Source of the DNA: a virus
Length of the DNA: 64,000 bases
IMG/VR virus record: IMGVR_UViG_3300012985_000010
Location: 8,395 to 72,394 of that record
Reading direction: 5' to 3' (one strand)
Shown here: in pieces, positions 31,021 through 41,309 of the stretch
Numbering within the stretch: the first letter of the stretch is position 1
How the letters are laid out: each line of letters begins with the position of its first letter
Translations under genes and position numbers: made by a program
The notes under the pieces: generated by a model
Told to the model about the DNA's origin: nothing
Seen by the model: the letters and a program-made list of their open reading frames with translations, nothing else
The model's database searches: none

Positions 31021-31910
31021 TAAACAACAGCCCAATTGACAGCGATGAATGGCTGCAGGATGCTGTCGGCGCTGGAATTGCCAGTGCCATTGAATGCTCC
31101 GTCGTTGAAGACGATCCTCCAGTCAGATGCCGAGATTGACTCGACAAACCTATTCCTCCAGTTGGACTCCTTGCAGAAGAAGTCGTTTACCAAAAGCATT
31201 GCTGCCTGGTTAACTGCGTCTGGAATATAGTCCCATCCGTAGACTCCAGTTACGTCGTAACGAGTGCCGGATGCGAACTTGCCTGCTGACCAGTGGATAG
31301 GGTCGTAGGTGAGGTACTGCTCGGAAGCAATTATCAAAGCCTTGCTTGTAGGCGAGATATTTACTGCCGCGCCAAAGTCATTTACATTAACGTCGGTGGC
31401 GTCGTACACCACAACATCATTTACGTTGATCCTGTCCACACGAACGACCCTCTGGGTCAGCGTGAGGATATTGTCACCCTGGCCCCTCGCAAATACAGTG
31501 TCGTTGTATGGGTAGAAGTGCTGCCCGCAGAAGGAATCAATCTGGTGGCGTGCGTACGCCTCGGCAGCCTTTAGCATGTCATACTCAGTTTCGGTTGGCG
31601 CAAGGGATGTCAGTTCAGATACCGATAGGTACGGCTGGACGACAGTCATGCGCTCGTTCCTGACGACAGTCTCTCCTGCTAGGTCGTACTCCCACGTCAA
31701 TACTAGGTCTGTTGAGACATCAGTAATGGACGGTCCAATAATGGCTGAGTACACACCTTCGGAGTCCTGCAAGACGTCAGGTGATGCAACAAAATCACCG
31801 GCGCGGGTCTTAACCGTCAGCGTCGGATCGCTAGAGGCGTCAGTCAGTACGCCCGAGACGTAAAGTCTCAGCGTGACTGATTCCACTTCGTTCTTATAGA
31901 TAATCGACAT
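31020..31910 (-). CDS. head-to-tail adaptor
   Basis: PYLSVSE...ARHQIDSFCGQHF...GWDYIPDAVNQAA...TGNSSADSIL. Confidence 0.8.
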   Translation of the reverse strand: MSIIYKNEVESVTLRLYVSGVLTDASSDPTLTVKTRAGDFVASPDVLQDSEGVYSAIIGPSITDVSTDLVLTWEYDLAGETVVRNERMTVVQPYLSVSELTSLAPTETEYDMLKAAEAYARHQIDSFCGQHFYPYNDTVFARGQGDNILTLTQRVVRVDRINVNDVVVYDATDVNVNDFGAAVNISPTSKALIIASEQYLTYDPIHWSAGKFASGTRYDVTGVYGWDYIPDAVNQAAMLLVNDFFCKESNWRNRFVESISASDWRIVFNDGAFNGTGNSSADSILQPFIAVNWAVV

Positions 31911-31937
31911 AACACCACCCATATTCAATCTTCCATA

Positions 31938-31988
31938 ATTGTATCAGGGGGTTGGGTATAAAGCAAAGGAGGCCCGAAGGCCTCCTTT
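31938..31988 (-). promoter_or_regulatory. terminator (TTCG loop) fused to TTGCTT-N17-TACAAT promoter
   Basis: hairpin at 31965-31988 whose T-tail is the -35. Confidence 0.7.
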
Positions 31989-31992
31989 TACT

Positions 31993-32448
31993 TTACCTGT
32001 CGTAGAATTCCTTGACTTCGGCGTCAGTTGCTAGAACGAAACCGTCTTCCAATCGGAAGATTTCATTTGCGTCATTCCTTGGAACTGCGGCGAACGGATG
32101 GTCCTTGCTAAACTGGTACTTGCCTAGTGCCTCGTACGAGTAATTGCTTCGGGTCATCTTTAGTAGCAGTAGGTCTTCACCCTTGGTTGGCTTTGTTGGG
32201 GCAGGCGCTGCGCTACCGTCATTGTCATTGTTGTCAGACGGGGTGGCCTTGTCCTCCTCGTCATCATTGTCCTCGTTTGCTGCCTTCTGGGCTGCTTCTG
32301 CTGCCTCGTGGTACTCAGAGGAAATACCCTCTTCTTCCAGCCATGCGAGGATTTCCTTCTTTGTCTTGGTCTTGGCCTCAGCCTCGTCCAATCCATACCC
32401 TTCAGCGACTTGCCTCAGAGCGGCTACCTTAGTAGTTTCGAAACTCAT
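31993..32448 (-). CDS. hypothetical protein after the major capsid gene
   Basis: N-terminal Rho-N/HeH-like segment, acidic linker, strong RBS. Confidence 0.75.
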   Translation of the reverse strand: MSFETTKVAALRQVAEGYGLDEAEAKTKTKKEILAWLEEEGISSEYHEAAEAAQKAANEDNDDEEDKATPSDNNDNDGSAAPAPTKPTKGEDLLLLKMTRSNYSYEALGKYQFSKDHPFAAVPRNDANEIFRLEDGFVLATDAEVKEFYDR

Positions 32449-32489
32449 GTACCTTCCTTTCCTTCCTCTAAGTGTATCATAAACCGAAC

Positions 32490-32515
32490 GGGAGGAGGGC
32501 CGAAGCCCTCCTCCC
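32490..32515 (-). terminator. terminator after the major capsid gene
   Basis: 11-bp stem, TTCG loop. Confidence 0.75.
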
Positions 32516-32539
32516 TATTCAGTTATGACATCGCTCGAA

Positions 32540-33550
32540 TTACGGTGCGACCTTGACATCCTTGACGACGACGTACGCGTCTAGGTTCTCGATTGCAACT
32601 CCAACTCGGACGTATACGGTGTACTCGGTTGTGTCCTTCTTTGGCTTGAACTCACGGTGAACCGTGACTTCACGCTTGATACCGACGATGCGGTTCTGTG
32701 GGAAGGTCAACTCGACGTATCCGTGGTTTCCAGTTGCTCCGGTGTATGTACCTGAAGCCGACTCTGTGTACAGAGGGACCTCAATGATAGGGATTCCGAA
32801 GGCGAATGGAATTACGGTGCTACCACCAGCGCCCTGAGGTGCTGCTGGCGTACCACGAAGAATGCTTGCGGCAATGTCTTCTGGGGTACCACCAGTTCCA
32901 ATCGTGGTCAGGTTGTATAGGTAGTCCTGTACAAGTCCTGAACCCGTGTAGAAACGTAGACCGGCACGACGCTGCTTGTAGACTCGTGGAAGCGCCTTAA
33001 GGGCCTTGTTGAAGGTACCCTTAGAGATTGTGCTTCCAGACTCGGAAGAAACACGACCACCGGCTAGGGACTGAACCCTGAAACCGTCGAATGACTTGTA
33101 CAGCGGGTCGCCTGTCAATGCAGTCGAACCGTTGATGCAAAGGTCCTCGATGTCGTTTCCGAAAGCCGTAGCCATCAGACGTACGACGTGATCTTCCAGT
33201 CCTGAACCCTCAATGTTGTCCTCTAGGGACTCGGTTGAAAGTTCGAAGTCTAGACGCAACTTCTTCGTGGTCAGCGAGACCTTGGAGAAGGTTGGGTTGG
33301 CGTTGACACCAGTGTCGACGGCCTCAGTTGCGAGACGAGCCAACTTAGCGCCTACGGCCACCTTGTCAATGTCCATTGTGTCAGCCCTCATTCGGACTGT
33401 ACGAGCATCCTGTAGAATTACAGTCTGGTCCCACATGTAGTCAATGAACTTGTTAGCCTGGTCCTTGGTTAGAAGACCACCGCCACCCTGATTAACTCCA
33501 TCAGTACCGGTAGTGGTTACTACCTTTTCTAGAAGTTCGTTGTTACTCAT
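32540..33550 (-). CDS. major capsid protein (HK97 fold)
   Basis: GGGLLTKDQANKFID, LSTESLEDNIEG; follows the protease/scaffold gene. Confidence 0.92.
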   Translation of the reverse strand: MSNNELLEKVVTTTGTDGVNQGGGGLLTKDQANKFIDYMWDQTVILQDARTVRMRADTMDIDKVAVGAKLARLATEAVDTGVNANPTFSKVSLTTKKLRLDFELSTESLEDNIEGSGLEDHVVRLMATAFGNDIEDLCINGSTALTGDPLYKSFDGFRVQSLAGGRVSSESGSTISKGTFNKALKALPRVYKQRRAGLRFYTGSGLVQDYLYNLTTIGTGGTPEDIAASILRGTPAAPQGAGGSTVIPFAFGIPIIEVPLYTESASGTYTGATGNHGYVELTFPQNRIVGIKREVTVHREFKPKKDTTEYTVYVRVGVAIENLDAYVVVKDVKVAP

Positions 33551-33581
33551 TATATGTTTTTCACCTACCTTTCGTTTTGGT

Positions 33582-34853
33582 TTAGTTTGATACTAGTGAT
33601 TCGGTACTGACGAAGGTTCCGTTCCACTCGCTCTTCTTAATTGTTTCCTCCGTTGATCCTCCTTCGAGGTCACCGGACTTCTTTACTGCCGTAGCCTTCT
33701 CTAGGCGGTCAGTGCTTGCCTTTACCTCACCAATTTCCTTGGTGACAGACTCCTTCACACCTTCGAGCGACTCGGAAATCTCCTTGGTTGTCTTTGCAAG
33801 GTCTTCTACACCAGCGACTGCTGTCTCTAGTGCGTCGATCTTCTTGCTAAAACCGGTTAGGGTCTCTGTGACTGCCGTTGAGAAAGATTCGAATGCCTTG
33901 GCAAGGTCGAACTCGTCCTTCGTCTCGACCTCAGAGACCTCTTCTACCGTTTCGTCTGCGGCAGGGGTTTCTACAACCTCAGCGACCTCTTCTACGGTCT
34001 CAACTGTTTCAACGGTCTCTTCGACCGGCTCTACTGTCTCTTCTGTTGCCAACTTTTCTACACCTCCTCTTCCGTCCGTTTCAGATGGTGTTGCCACCTC
34101 TTCTGAATCCGGCTTAGTTACTTCCTCTGTGCCACGAGAGCCCAGAAACTTGTTTACGACATCGCCAATTGTGGTATTGGGGTCGTTGTGCTCGATCCAA
34201 CCGATGTTCTCCATGTCAGACTCACAGATGGCGCACTTCCTGGTCTCGTCCGAGGTCATTACCGCTGCGCGGTCCTCGGGGCACCAGAAAACGTTGTCCA
34301 ACTTGATGTCTACAGCGGAGCCGGTAAGTTCTAGACCATCGGCTCCCTTCTGGATGGAAAGTACGTTGGCGAACTGATTAGCGGGGTTGTCTACTAGAGA
34401 CAACTCGTGGAGTTCCAAGTCCTTGATTGTACGAATCGACTTCTGAACGTCCGGGTTGAACTCTGTGTCAGAGTCCTTGATCACTCCACCAATAGAAAAA
34501 CCTGTCAGAGTGCCATCAAGGACCTTCTGCCAGGTATCTTCTGCTCCAAGTGAAATGTAAGACTTTACGAATACTCCCTGATAAGTCTTGTCAGACTCCG
34601 CATCGTAGTACGGCTCCTGACTGAATGAAACTACCTTTCCAACTGCAACAGGCTGGTGCATTTCGCGGAGATTACCACGGAACGTACCGAAAGCCTTGGT
34701 GGCAGCGTCGATAGGCACGATGTCATCGTGCTGGTCAATGTTGTCGAGAGATGCGAAGCCGGATACGATCCTGCGCTCCTTATCAATCTTGGCGAGCGGA
34801 ACAGAGATTCTGAACGAGTCGCCATTTGACGTAAATACGGTCTTTTCAATCAT
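33582..34853 (-). CDS. capsid maturation protease with C-terminal scaffold-like region
   Basis: RIVSGFAS..D, REMH, TGFSIGG, ELSLVDNPAN; acidic coiled C-terminus; true ATG at 34853. Confidence 0.9.
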   Translation of the reverse strand: MIEKTVFTSNGDSFRISVPLAKIDKERRIVSGFASLDNIDQHDDIVPIDAATKAFGTFRGNLREMHQPVAVGKVVSFSQEPYYDAESDKTYQGVFVKSYISLGAEDTWQKVLDGTLTGFSIGGVIKDSDTEFNPDVQKSIRTIKDLELHELSLVDNPANQFANVLSIQKGADGLELTGSAVDIKLDNVFWCPEDRAAVMTSDETRKCAICESDMENIGWIEHNDPNTTIGDVVNKFLGSRGTEEVTKPDSEEVATPSETDGRGGVEKLATEETVEPVEETVETVETVEEVAEVVETPAADETVEEVSEVETKDEFDLAKAFESFSTAVTETLTGFSKKIDALETAVAGVEDLAKTTKEISESLEGVKESVTKEIGEVKASTDRLEKATAVKKSGDLEGGSTEETIKKSEWNGTFVSTESLVSN

Positions 34854-34882
34854 TGTGGTGTAATAATACCAACCTATTAGTT

Positions 34883-35287
34883 CTAACGCAAATTCTGGTG
34901 TTGCAATTTCAGCATGATGTATAGATAACCGCAGGTCACCCAGATCAAAGCCGTGATTAGAGTCAGCAAAGCCTGCCATGCTGTGAAGACAAAGATGAAC
35001 CACATTGTCAGCCAGAGGATGAACGTATTCATCACGCAAATCCTCAATGCGTTGTAGTAGTTCTTCCATCCCGCGTACATGGTGGGCAGGCCGATTAGTA
35101 CAAAGATGAGTCCTGTGATCCACTCAGGGTTTGTACCGAGCGGTGTGTTTGTGGTACGTCCAAGGAATACGTCCCAGGGAAGCATAATCCAGAGCCCAAT
35201 GAGAACTGTCCAGACACCGGCCACGAACGGAATGATGGGGTTAGGGAATCTGTGCGCCTCTTCTTTAAGCGTCTGGATTAGACTCAA
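34883..35287 (-). CDS. membrane protein (about 4 TM)
   Basis: four hydrophobic stretches; coupled to the portal stop. Confidence 0.7.
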   Translation of the reverse strand: MSLIQTLKEEAHRFPNPIIPFVAGVWTVLIGLWIMLPWDVFLGRTTNTPLGTNPEWITGLIFVLIGLPTMYAGWKNYYNALRICVMNTFILWLTMWFIFVFTAWQALLTLITALIWVTCGYLYIMLKLQHQNLR

Positions 35288-36837
35288 GGTGTGGTCCTTC
35301 CGTCGCCCTTCGCGTTACGACCCTCGCCTGATGAATCAGTCGCTCTTGTAGCCCTTTGGCTGTCTCTTTCACGAGTTTGTCCTACTTGTGCAGCGTTTTC
35401 AGCCTGAATCTGCCCTGTTAGAGGCAAAACCTTGTCGCCGCCCTCGATAGGGGTCTTACCCTTACGGTTACGAATTTCGTTTGGAGTACTCTCCTGAATC
35501 GTCGCGTAAATCTTGTCGATGTCAGCCTGAGTCTTCTCATCGGTCAGCGTCAACTCGACCAACTTGAACTTGAATACGTCGGTGCGCTCTCCAATGATCT
35601 TCGAAATCTTCTTCTGGACAATGTTCTGCTCAGGTCCGCAGACCTGCTCCTTGAACATCTTGTCAGCGTCACGAGCGGCTGCTAGGGCGATGCCGTTTGG
35701 CAGACCCAACTTGTTGATAGGCGTACGCTGAGTCATTAGAATCTCGTCGCGGTTGTCTGCACGGTAGGACTTGAAAGAGCCTTCCTGTACACCAGTCTCG
35801 ACCGGCTTCATTTCGAAGTCGATCTTCTTGTCAATTGCCTCGGAAGACAATGGGATAACGACTGTGCGGTGGTTCTTACCCTTTACGTTTCCCTCTAGGA
35901 ACTCCATTAGTTCCTTTAGAGCACCGTCAGACCACTTAGCGTTCTTGGTGACGATGACGTATCGAGGAGCAGCCTTGTGCTCGAAGTAGTCCAGGTTGTA
36001 CCTTGAAGAGAACTCGTTTCCTGCTACTGCTGTCTTAGCAGAAACAATCTCAGGCACTCCGTAATAGTTGCCTGTAGGTGAGTAGTTCTTGAAGTGAATA
36101 ACCTCATTAGGGTTGGTGTCTCCACCAATTGGATCTGGGTTTCCGCTCTGGAAGTTCGCAAAGAATACTGCGCGTCGGCCCACAATCTGGACAAACCCGT
36201 CACGCTTAGTTCGTACTCGTACGGTGCTGGCGGGGATGTGTCCAATGTAACTGATCTCGCCACCTACAGTTCTTCCAATCTCTAGATATCCATTACCTGT
36301 AGTCAGATAATCCGTGTACATGTTCTTTAGGACTACAGTTAGGTCTTCGTCCTGGGAAATGTCGTCAAGCCAGTCCTTCACGTCGCTCTTTAGTCGAGCC
36401 TTCTTCCTACGGGCACGCTTGATTGACTCCTCGTTCTCTAGAGCCTCCATAGCCTGCAGCGCCCGGTCGGATTCGATTAGGTCATAACCTAGACCTACTG
36501 TATTAGTGCATCGAGCATCGACCGCTCCACGGTGGTACCCTGACATCTCATATAGGGCAGCCAGGTAATCCATGTTGTATGGTGGGGCTACAACTTCAAA
36601 TGCGTTGTACCCGGTTTCTGTGTCCGTTTCAATTCGCTTGCTTCCAGCCTTGCGGCGAGCCAACTTCCTCTTGAAAACAGGTGAAAGGCCCTTTAGGGTC
36701 GCTGTCTCTTCTAGGTCAAGGGCGAACTCGTCTTCAAATACCTTTACGACACCAGCGGCTTCGCTGATATCTGGGTAATTTACCGACAGTTCAAACTCCT
36801 CGGTATCGTCTTCTACTGCTGAAACTGAACTAGTCAC
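35284..36837 (-). CDS. portal protein
   Basis: DYLTTGNGYLE, NEVIHFKNYSP..YYGVP, TPNEIR; PBSX/HK97-like portal. Confidence 0.92.
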   Translation of the reverse strand: MTSSVSAVEDDTEEFELSVNYPDISEAAGVVKVFEDEFALDLEETATLKGLSPVFKRKLARRKAGSKRIETDTETGYNAFEVVAPPYNMDYLAALYEMSGYHRGAVDARCTNTVGLGYDLIESDRALQAMEALENEESIKRARRKKARLKSDVKDWLDDISQDEDLTVVLKNMYTDYLTTGNGYLEIGRTVGGEISYIGHIPASTVRVRTKRDGFVQIVGRRAVFFANFQSGNPDPIGGDTNPNEVIHFKNYSPTGNYYGVPEIVSAKTAVAGNEFSSRYNLDYFEHKAAPRYVIVTKNAKWSDGALKELMEFLEGNVKGKNHRTVVIPLSSEAIDKKIDFEMKPVETGVQEGSFKSYRADNRDEILMTQRTPINKLGLPNGIALAAARDADKMFKEQVCGPEQNIVQKKISKIIGERTDVFKFKLVELTLTDEKTQADIDKIYATIQESTPNEIRNRKGKTPIEGGDKVLPLTGQIQAENAAQVGQTRERDSQRATRATDSSGEGRNAKGDGRTTP

Positions 36838-37198
36838 GCAGACCGGCCTCCTGAGCCTTCATTGTGTCAATAAGTGCTGGGACATCCCATTCGTCAGGCT
36901 GCTCGCCTGCGGCTAGACGCTCCAACTGCTCCTGGTATTCCTCATCTGTAACCTTGCGCTGACCGGCCATGAATACAGGCTGGCCCTCGTTAACACCGAG
37001 AGACCTAGCGGCATCTGCCATCTTAGCCATCTTTGTAAGATCGCCACGCATACTTGGTACGACTAGGAAGTTTCCTTCGTCGTCACCGATATATGTACCA
37101 TCAGGCATCTTCCAGTAGTAAAGACCGTAATCTGCCTCTTCGACCGCCGAAACGCGAGCGTTCTTGACGACCTTCTTTAGTAGTTCTTCATCATCCAT
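36830..37198 (-). CDS. hypothetical protein
   Basis: ATG after TGTACAAT; coupled to the portal gene. Confidence 0.75.
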   Translation of the reverse strand: MDDEELLKKVVKNARVSAVEEADYGLYYWKMPDGTYIGDDEGNFLVVPSMRGDLTKMAKMADAARSLGVNEGQPVFMAGQRKVTDEEYQEQLERLAAGEQPDEWDVPALIDTMKAQEAGLRD

Positions 37199-37226
37199 AA
37201 CACCGATTGTACACCCAATGGACTTA

Positions 37227-40200
37227 TTATGCAGAATCTGGCTGCTGGTCGACCGAAATCTGCTTGTAACCCCAGGTTCCTGACACGTTGACGAACCTAT
37301 CTGGCGAGTTTGGCTCACTTAGCGTCGCAGCGACGGTATCAGTTAGTTTACCGCTATTCCTTCCACGCAAAACGTCGTAGTGCTCGGCCATATCTGCTGC
37401 GCTCAATACATAGTCGTAGAGTCCGATCATCTTGACCGTACCACCGATGGAACTGGTTGCGACGTTGGCAATTGACTTAGCCATGAAGTTGAACTTACCC
37501 ACATCGTTTGCGATTGGGGCAATTGCAGTGTTCGTACTCATGACGACATAGTGCCACTGCTGGCTAGGGAAGTAATACCCAGTTGGGGACGCTGGCATGG
37601 CAGAGCCCATCGTTGCCTGACCACCATAAATGGTTACGCTGGTAAATCCGGTGTACTGGTACACCGTTCCGTCGTAGTACAGAGAGTAAACCGTGGTTCC
37701 GTTGTCATGGTAGAACAAATACTGGTTGGTAGCCCTGGACCTGATCCTGAACAGCATTTCAATTGACTTATAGGTCTTTGCTGAACCCAGGAGCGTTCCA
37801 GAGGCGTCAACGGACGCGTCGGTGCTATTGCTCTGGAAGTCAAGGTGTAGACCGGAGACGGTATTGGCATAGAAGCCATTGTAAACGCTATATGATGATG
37901 GGTGGAGGTCCAGTTCACCGAAGATTGGTACGGTACCGGAGACGGTCAGAGCCCTGCCGTGGTTTGCGCCCACGACCGAGTGGCTGTTGAAAATCTTGAA
38001 CCTCAGCCTGTCAATATTGACCTTTGCGTGGCTGGAATCATCGGTCTGCAACTCTACACGCACCCAGAGTGTAGAGTTACTCAGTACCTGGCCGTTTGTA
38101 GCGAAGAACGGAATGGAGTTGTCGTTGTCCACTCTGATGTTAGACCAGTTGGTACCATCCGGGCCGGTCCTGACGATTGCGTGGTATCCGTCAGTTGCAG
38201 TGATGCCCGCTACGGCACGAGTCTGTGGGCCGTAGTTCATTCTGGACGAGGCAATAGTTCCATCTGGCAGTGGAATCTTATAGGTAGCGTATCCGTACTG
38301 AGACACCTCTAGATTTCCATTAGCAAACTGAGGAGTCCTCGACAACTTCAAGGTGAAGTCGGCTACGGTGTCTGAGAAGGTCAATGATGCTTCCGGCTTG
38401 TTTCTGATATTGATAACCTTCAACTTAGAGTTCCACGGCTTGGTGTACTCGAAGTTGTTTCCAATTACGATATCAGCGGTGTTGTCGAATGCAATAGAGG
38501 CTGCACTGGTATTTGTCAATGTGATAGAGGTTCCACCAGTATCCGTGTAAACTACCACCTTGTCATTCTCGATTACTGTGTAGAACGAGTGCCATCCGGT
38601 ACCGATGGCTGTTGAAAGCGCACCCTCGGTCTCTTGGGTAGTCCACGCCAATGTGTATGGGTCGAGGTACTCGTATGTAATAGCCAACTTATTGTTCGAC
38701 TTGATGCGAAGCGTGACGACCTTCTTTGAGTCACCGCTCCTCAATTGCCATAGCACGGCCTCTACTGATGTGTTGTGTACCGCTGTGTCAACGTAGTATG
38801 ACCCCTGGATTGATGAGAAGTTCTGCCCCATGTATGTACCAACGTCATTGTAAACAATTCCCTGGTTGGTGTAGACATAGACACCATCGTTCACCGTCGC
38901 GCTGTACAGAAGGTCTCTCCAGACGTACAGACGGTCAATCCACATTTCATCACCAGAGACAGCATCAGTTGCTGCATTCTCAGCGCCAAATTCAGCGTAA
39001 TATGCGTTTGACGGTGCCTTGACGTTTACCTCGTGAAGAATAGGTCCGTTTAGGCTTACAGATGCAGCCTGGGTGGTTCCGTAGTCAGTAGAGATCAGGC
39101 CTCCGACGTTGTTATACCAGGAAACCCTAAGACGAGCCTGCTTTGAGTGGTACACATTTGCGTGTACTCGGTACGTCTGATTAGGCGTGACAAGGTATGC
39201 GAGGTAGCCACGCATCTTTTCAGGGCCACCAGAGGTCTTGCGGAAATAGATAGAGTGATTGGCGTTGATGAAGTATGTGCTATTAGGAACGGTTGATCCA
39301 CCACCGTCGCCATAAATGACACAGTTCTCTGCAACCCAGCCGCCGGTGCCGTAGGTCCTGATGTTTGCATCCTGGTCACCAATGATACTCTCATACGGCT
39401 TTTCACCACCGAGATATGCTACAGCAGGTTCAATGTTGTAAAGGCTAACTCCATCTGCCTGAATTGAGACGTTCCTGTATGCCTCCGGGGCTGTCCATGT
39501 GTCAACGTCAAATGACTTGTCGAAGAGGACGCCGTTGGCACCATCGTTGATGTTGTAAATCTCACCACCGTCAGCCTCGAATGCGCTAACGTAATCTGGG
39601 AAGTCAATACCGGCAGCGTAGTGGTCCTTTATCTCCTTATCGGAAAGTACACGGTTGTAGACTGCATGGTTTTCAACCCACATCGCTCCACCGGCTGAGC
39701 CTGTGGTTGGAATCTGGAACGCCTTTGATGCGTTGTTTAGACCTCTGATCCAAGGACTATTCATTGGCATTGAGCCTACCGGCTCACCGTTTACATACAG
39801 CGCAGCACCGGCACCGGTCCATACGCCCACAACATGGTACGCGCGGGCGAGGTCAGGAAGTCCGTAGTAGACCTCTGCTAGTGGGAAATACTTGTCGTAT
39901 CCTCGACCGTAGTTCCAGCCTTCGCCGGAGACACCCCATACGAGCATTCCATTGCTAATCCTGAATCCAGAGCGGTAGCAGAAGTTGATAGCGAAGTCGC
40001 TGTAAAAGAGGCTGTTTGAGTCAGTCCATGTAATGTTGTCAAGGTGGAACCAGAACTCGACGCTAAACGGGTGGTCTTCACCATTAAGCGGAGTGGTGTA
40101 TCCATTTGCCATATTTGACCGGGCGAGGTCTGAGGCCGAGTTTTGCTGGAACCTCATACACCCGTCGGAACCGGCTGTCATTGGGAAGTTTCGGAACTGA

Positions 40201-40334
40201 TATGTCGAGTAAGCGCCGCCGCCAGATGTGATTGTGCGTCCACCACCAGTAGAGTCCGCTGCTGGAAGCGCGGTGTCGTCTAGCCGGTGGTGGGTTACGG
40301 GGTTGGACTTAAGGACTTCTTCAATGTAGGCCAT
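37227..40334 (-). CDS. LamG/concanavalin-like domain virion protein
   Basis: FSVEFWF, YHVVGVW...LYVNG, AVYNRVLS..EI..HY LamG motifs; ATG 40334 after TATAAT. Confidence 0.8.
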   Translation of the reverse strand: MAYIEEVLKSNPVTHHRLDDTALPAADSTGGGRTITSGGGAYSTYQFRNFPMTAGSDGCMRFQQNSASDLARSNMANGYTTPLNGEDHPFSVEFWFHLDNITWTDSNSLFYSDFAINFCYRSGFRISNGMLVWGVSGEGWNYGRGYDKYFPLAEVYYGLPDLARAYHVVGVWTGAGAALYVNGEPVGSMPMNSPWIRGLNNASKAFQIPTTGSAGGAMWVENHAVYNRVLSDKEIKDHYAAGIDFPDYVSAFEADGGEIYNINDGANGVLFDKSFDVDTWTAPEAYRNVSIQADGVSLYNIEPAVAYLGGEKPYESIIGDQDANIRTYGTGGWVAENCVIYGDGGGSTVPNSTYFINANHSIYFRKTSGGPEKMRGYLAYLVTPNQTYRVHANVYHSKQARLRVSWYNNVGGLISTDYGTTQAASVSLNGPILHEVNVKAPSNAYYAEFGAENAATDAVSGDEMWIDRLYVWRDLLYSATVNDGVYVYTNQGIVYNDVGTYMGQNFSSIQGSYYVDTAVHNTSVEAVLWQLRSGDSKKVVTLRIKSNNKLAITYEYLDPYTLAWTTQETEGALSTAIGTGWHSFYTVIENDKVVVYTDTGGTSITLTNTSAASIAFDNTADIVIGNNFEYTKPWNSKLKVINIRNKPEASLTFSDTVADFTLKLSRTPQFANGNLEVSQYGYATYKIPLPDGTIASSRMNYGPQTRAVAGITATDGYHAIVRTGPDGTNWSNIRVDNDNSIPFFATNGQVLSNSTLWVRVELQTDDSSHAKVNIDRLRFKIFNSHSVVGANHGRALTVSGTVPIFGELDLHPSSYSVYNGFYANTVSGLHLDFQSNSTDASVDASGTLLGSAKTYKSIEMLFRIRSRATNQYLFYHDNGTTVYSLYYDGTVYQYTGFTSVTIYGGQATMGSAMPASPTGYYFPSQQWHYVVMSTNTAIAPIANDVGKFNFMAKSIANVATSSIGGTVKMIGLYDYVLSAADMAEHYDVLRGRNSGKLTDTVAATLSEPNSPDRFVNVSGTWGYKQISVDQQPDSA

Positions 40335-40341
40335 ACGTTCG

Positions 40342-40396
40342 ATTATATCGTCTGGCTGGGGATAAAGCAAACCCGGCCCCACCTAGGGACCGGGTT
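40342..40396 (-). promoter_or_regulatory. terminator fused to TTGCTT-N17-TATAAT leaderless promoter
   Basis: the T-tail of the hairpin is the -35; ATG 7 nt after the -10. Confidence 0.7.
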
Positions 40397-40487
40397 GCTT
40401 AATCGTAACTATTACCATACCTAAGGTCCTTCTGCACGAAGGCCGGTAGACGACTTACCCCGCTGTATTACCAGCAAGCCACGCCGT
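40365..40487 (-). ncRNA. candidate small structured RNA
   Basis: own extended -10 TGGTATACT, own terminator, no credible ORF, several stems. Confidence 0.5.
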
Positions 40488-40502
40488 AGTTCTAGTATAC
40501 CA

Positions 40503-41309
40503 CTACTTGTAACGCTTGTTGTAAACGGACTGCTGCAAAGCCTTCCATGTACCGCCGCGACCCGTAGGGCCACCGCCAACTGCGCCATTAGGATTCCTGT
40601 AGTTGTGCTTCTTCTGGTACGAAACGATTGCCTTATGCAGGCCGTCGTTGGCTGTACCGGTCAGAGGTCCCTTGTAGTATCCAAGGTACTTCAACCACTT
40701 CTGAATCCTCAATACGTTCGACTGGTCAGCGAAGGTAGCATTTCCATTGTGAATGTTCTTCCTGATGCTGGCCTTGAACTTCAACTTCTTGCCGAAATAC
40801 TGCCCCACCTTTAGAGGGAACTTACTTGGCTTGAATGGAGGAGTTGTTGGGTACTTGTCGTGAATTCGGACATATCCAACAACGTTAGCAGCCCTTCTCC
40901 ACTGGTACGCTACAGTTCCACCATTCCACTGATTTGCAGCCGAAGTATTTCCGCCTACAGAGTAGTAGCCTCGTGAGGTTGCGTCTGCGGCTGCCATTTC
41001 GACATGGCGACCGTGGGCGAAGAGGACAACTAGGTCACCCTTCTTTAGACCCTTGATGCCGCTGTGCCAACGACCACGCTGACGACCCCACTGCTCGATA
41101 TAAGATACGGATACCATCTGCCAAGGCAACTTTAGACCTCCGTGGTAAGCAGCGTCAATGACGAATGCTCCACACCAAGGGTTGCCCTGTAGGTTTACAC
41201 CCCAATGGCTCTTAACGTGCTCCCAGGCAAAGCAGCGGTTCGAGCCACGAGGACTCTCTGTGCGGCCTACCTGCGCGCGTGCGTATGTGACTGCTGTATG
41301 CACACCCAT
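40503..41309 (-). CDS. endolysin (CHAP domain + peptidoglycan-binding domain)
   Basis: PWCGAFV, HVEM, GGNT catalytic motifs; IQKWLKYLGYY.GP..G PG-binding motif. Confidence 0.88.
   Translation of the reverse strand: MGVHTAVTYARAQVGRTESPRGSNRCFAWEHVKSHWGVNLQGNPWCGAFVIDAAYHGGLKLPWQMVSVSYIEQWGRQRGRWHSGIKGLKKGDLVVLFAHGRHVEMAAADATSRGYYSVGGNTSAANQWNGGTVAYQWRRAANVVGYVRIHDKYPTTPPFKPSKFPLKVGQYFGKKLKFKASIRKNIHNGNATFADQSNVLRIQKWLKYLGYYKGPLTGTANDGLHKAIVSYQKKHNYRNPNGAVGGGPTGRGGTWKALQQSVYNKRYK

Noticed and set aside
34854-35123. N-terminal extension of the protease ORF in the track
   Set aside because: Overlaps the 4-TM gene in another frame; a -10 box directly precedes ATG 34853
35284-37227. Terminase expected next to the portal
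   Set aside because: No ORF with terminase ATPase/nuclease motifs; it is probably encoded outside the window
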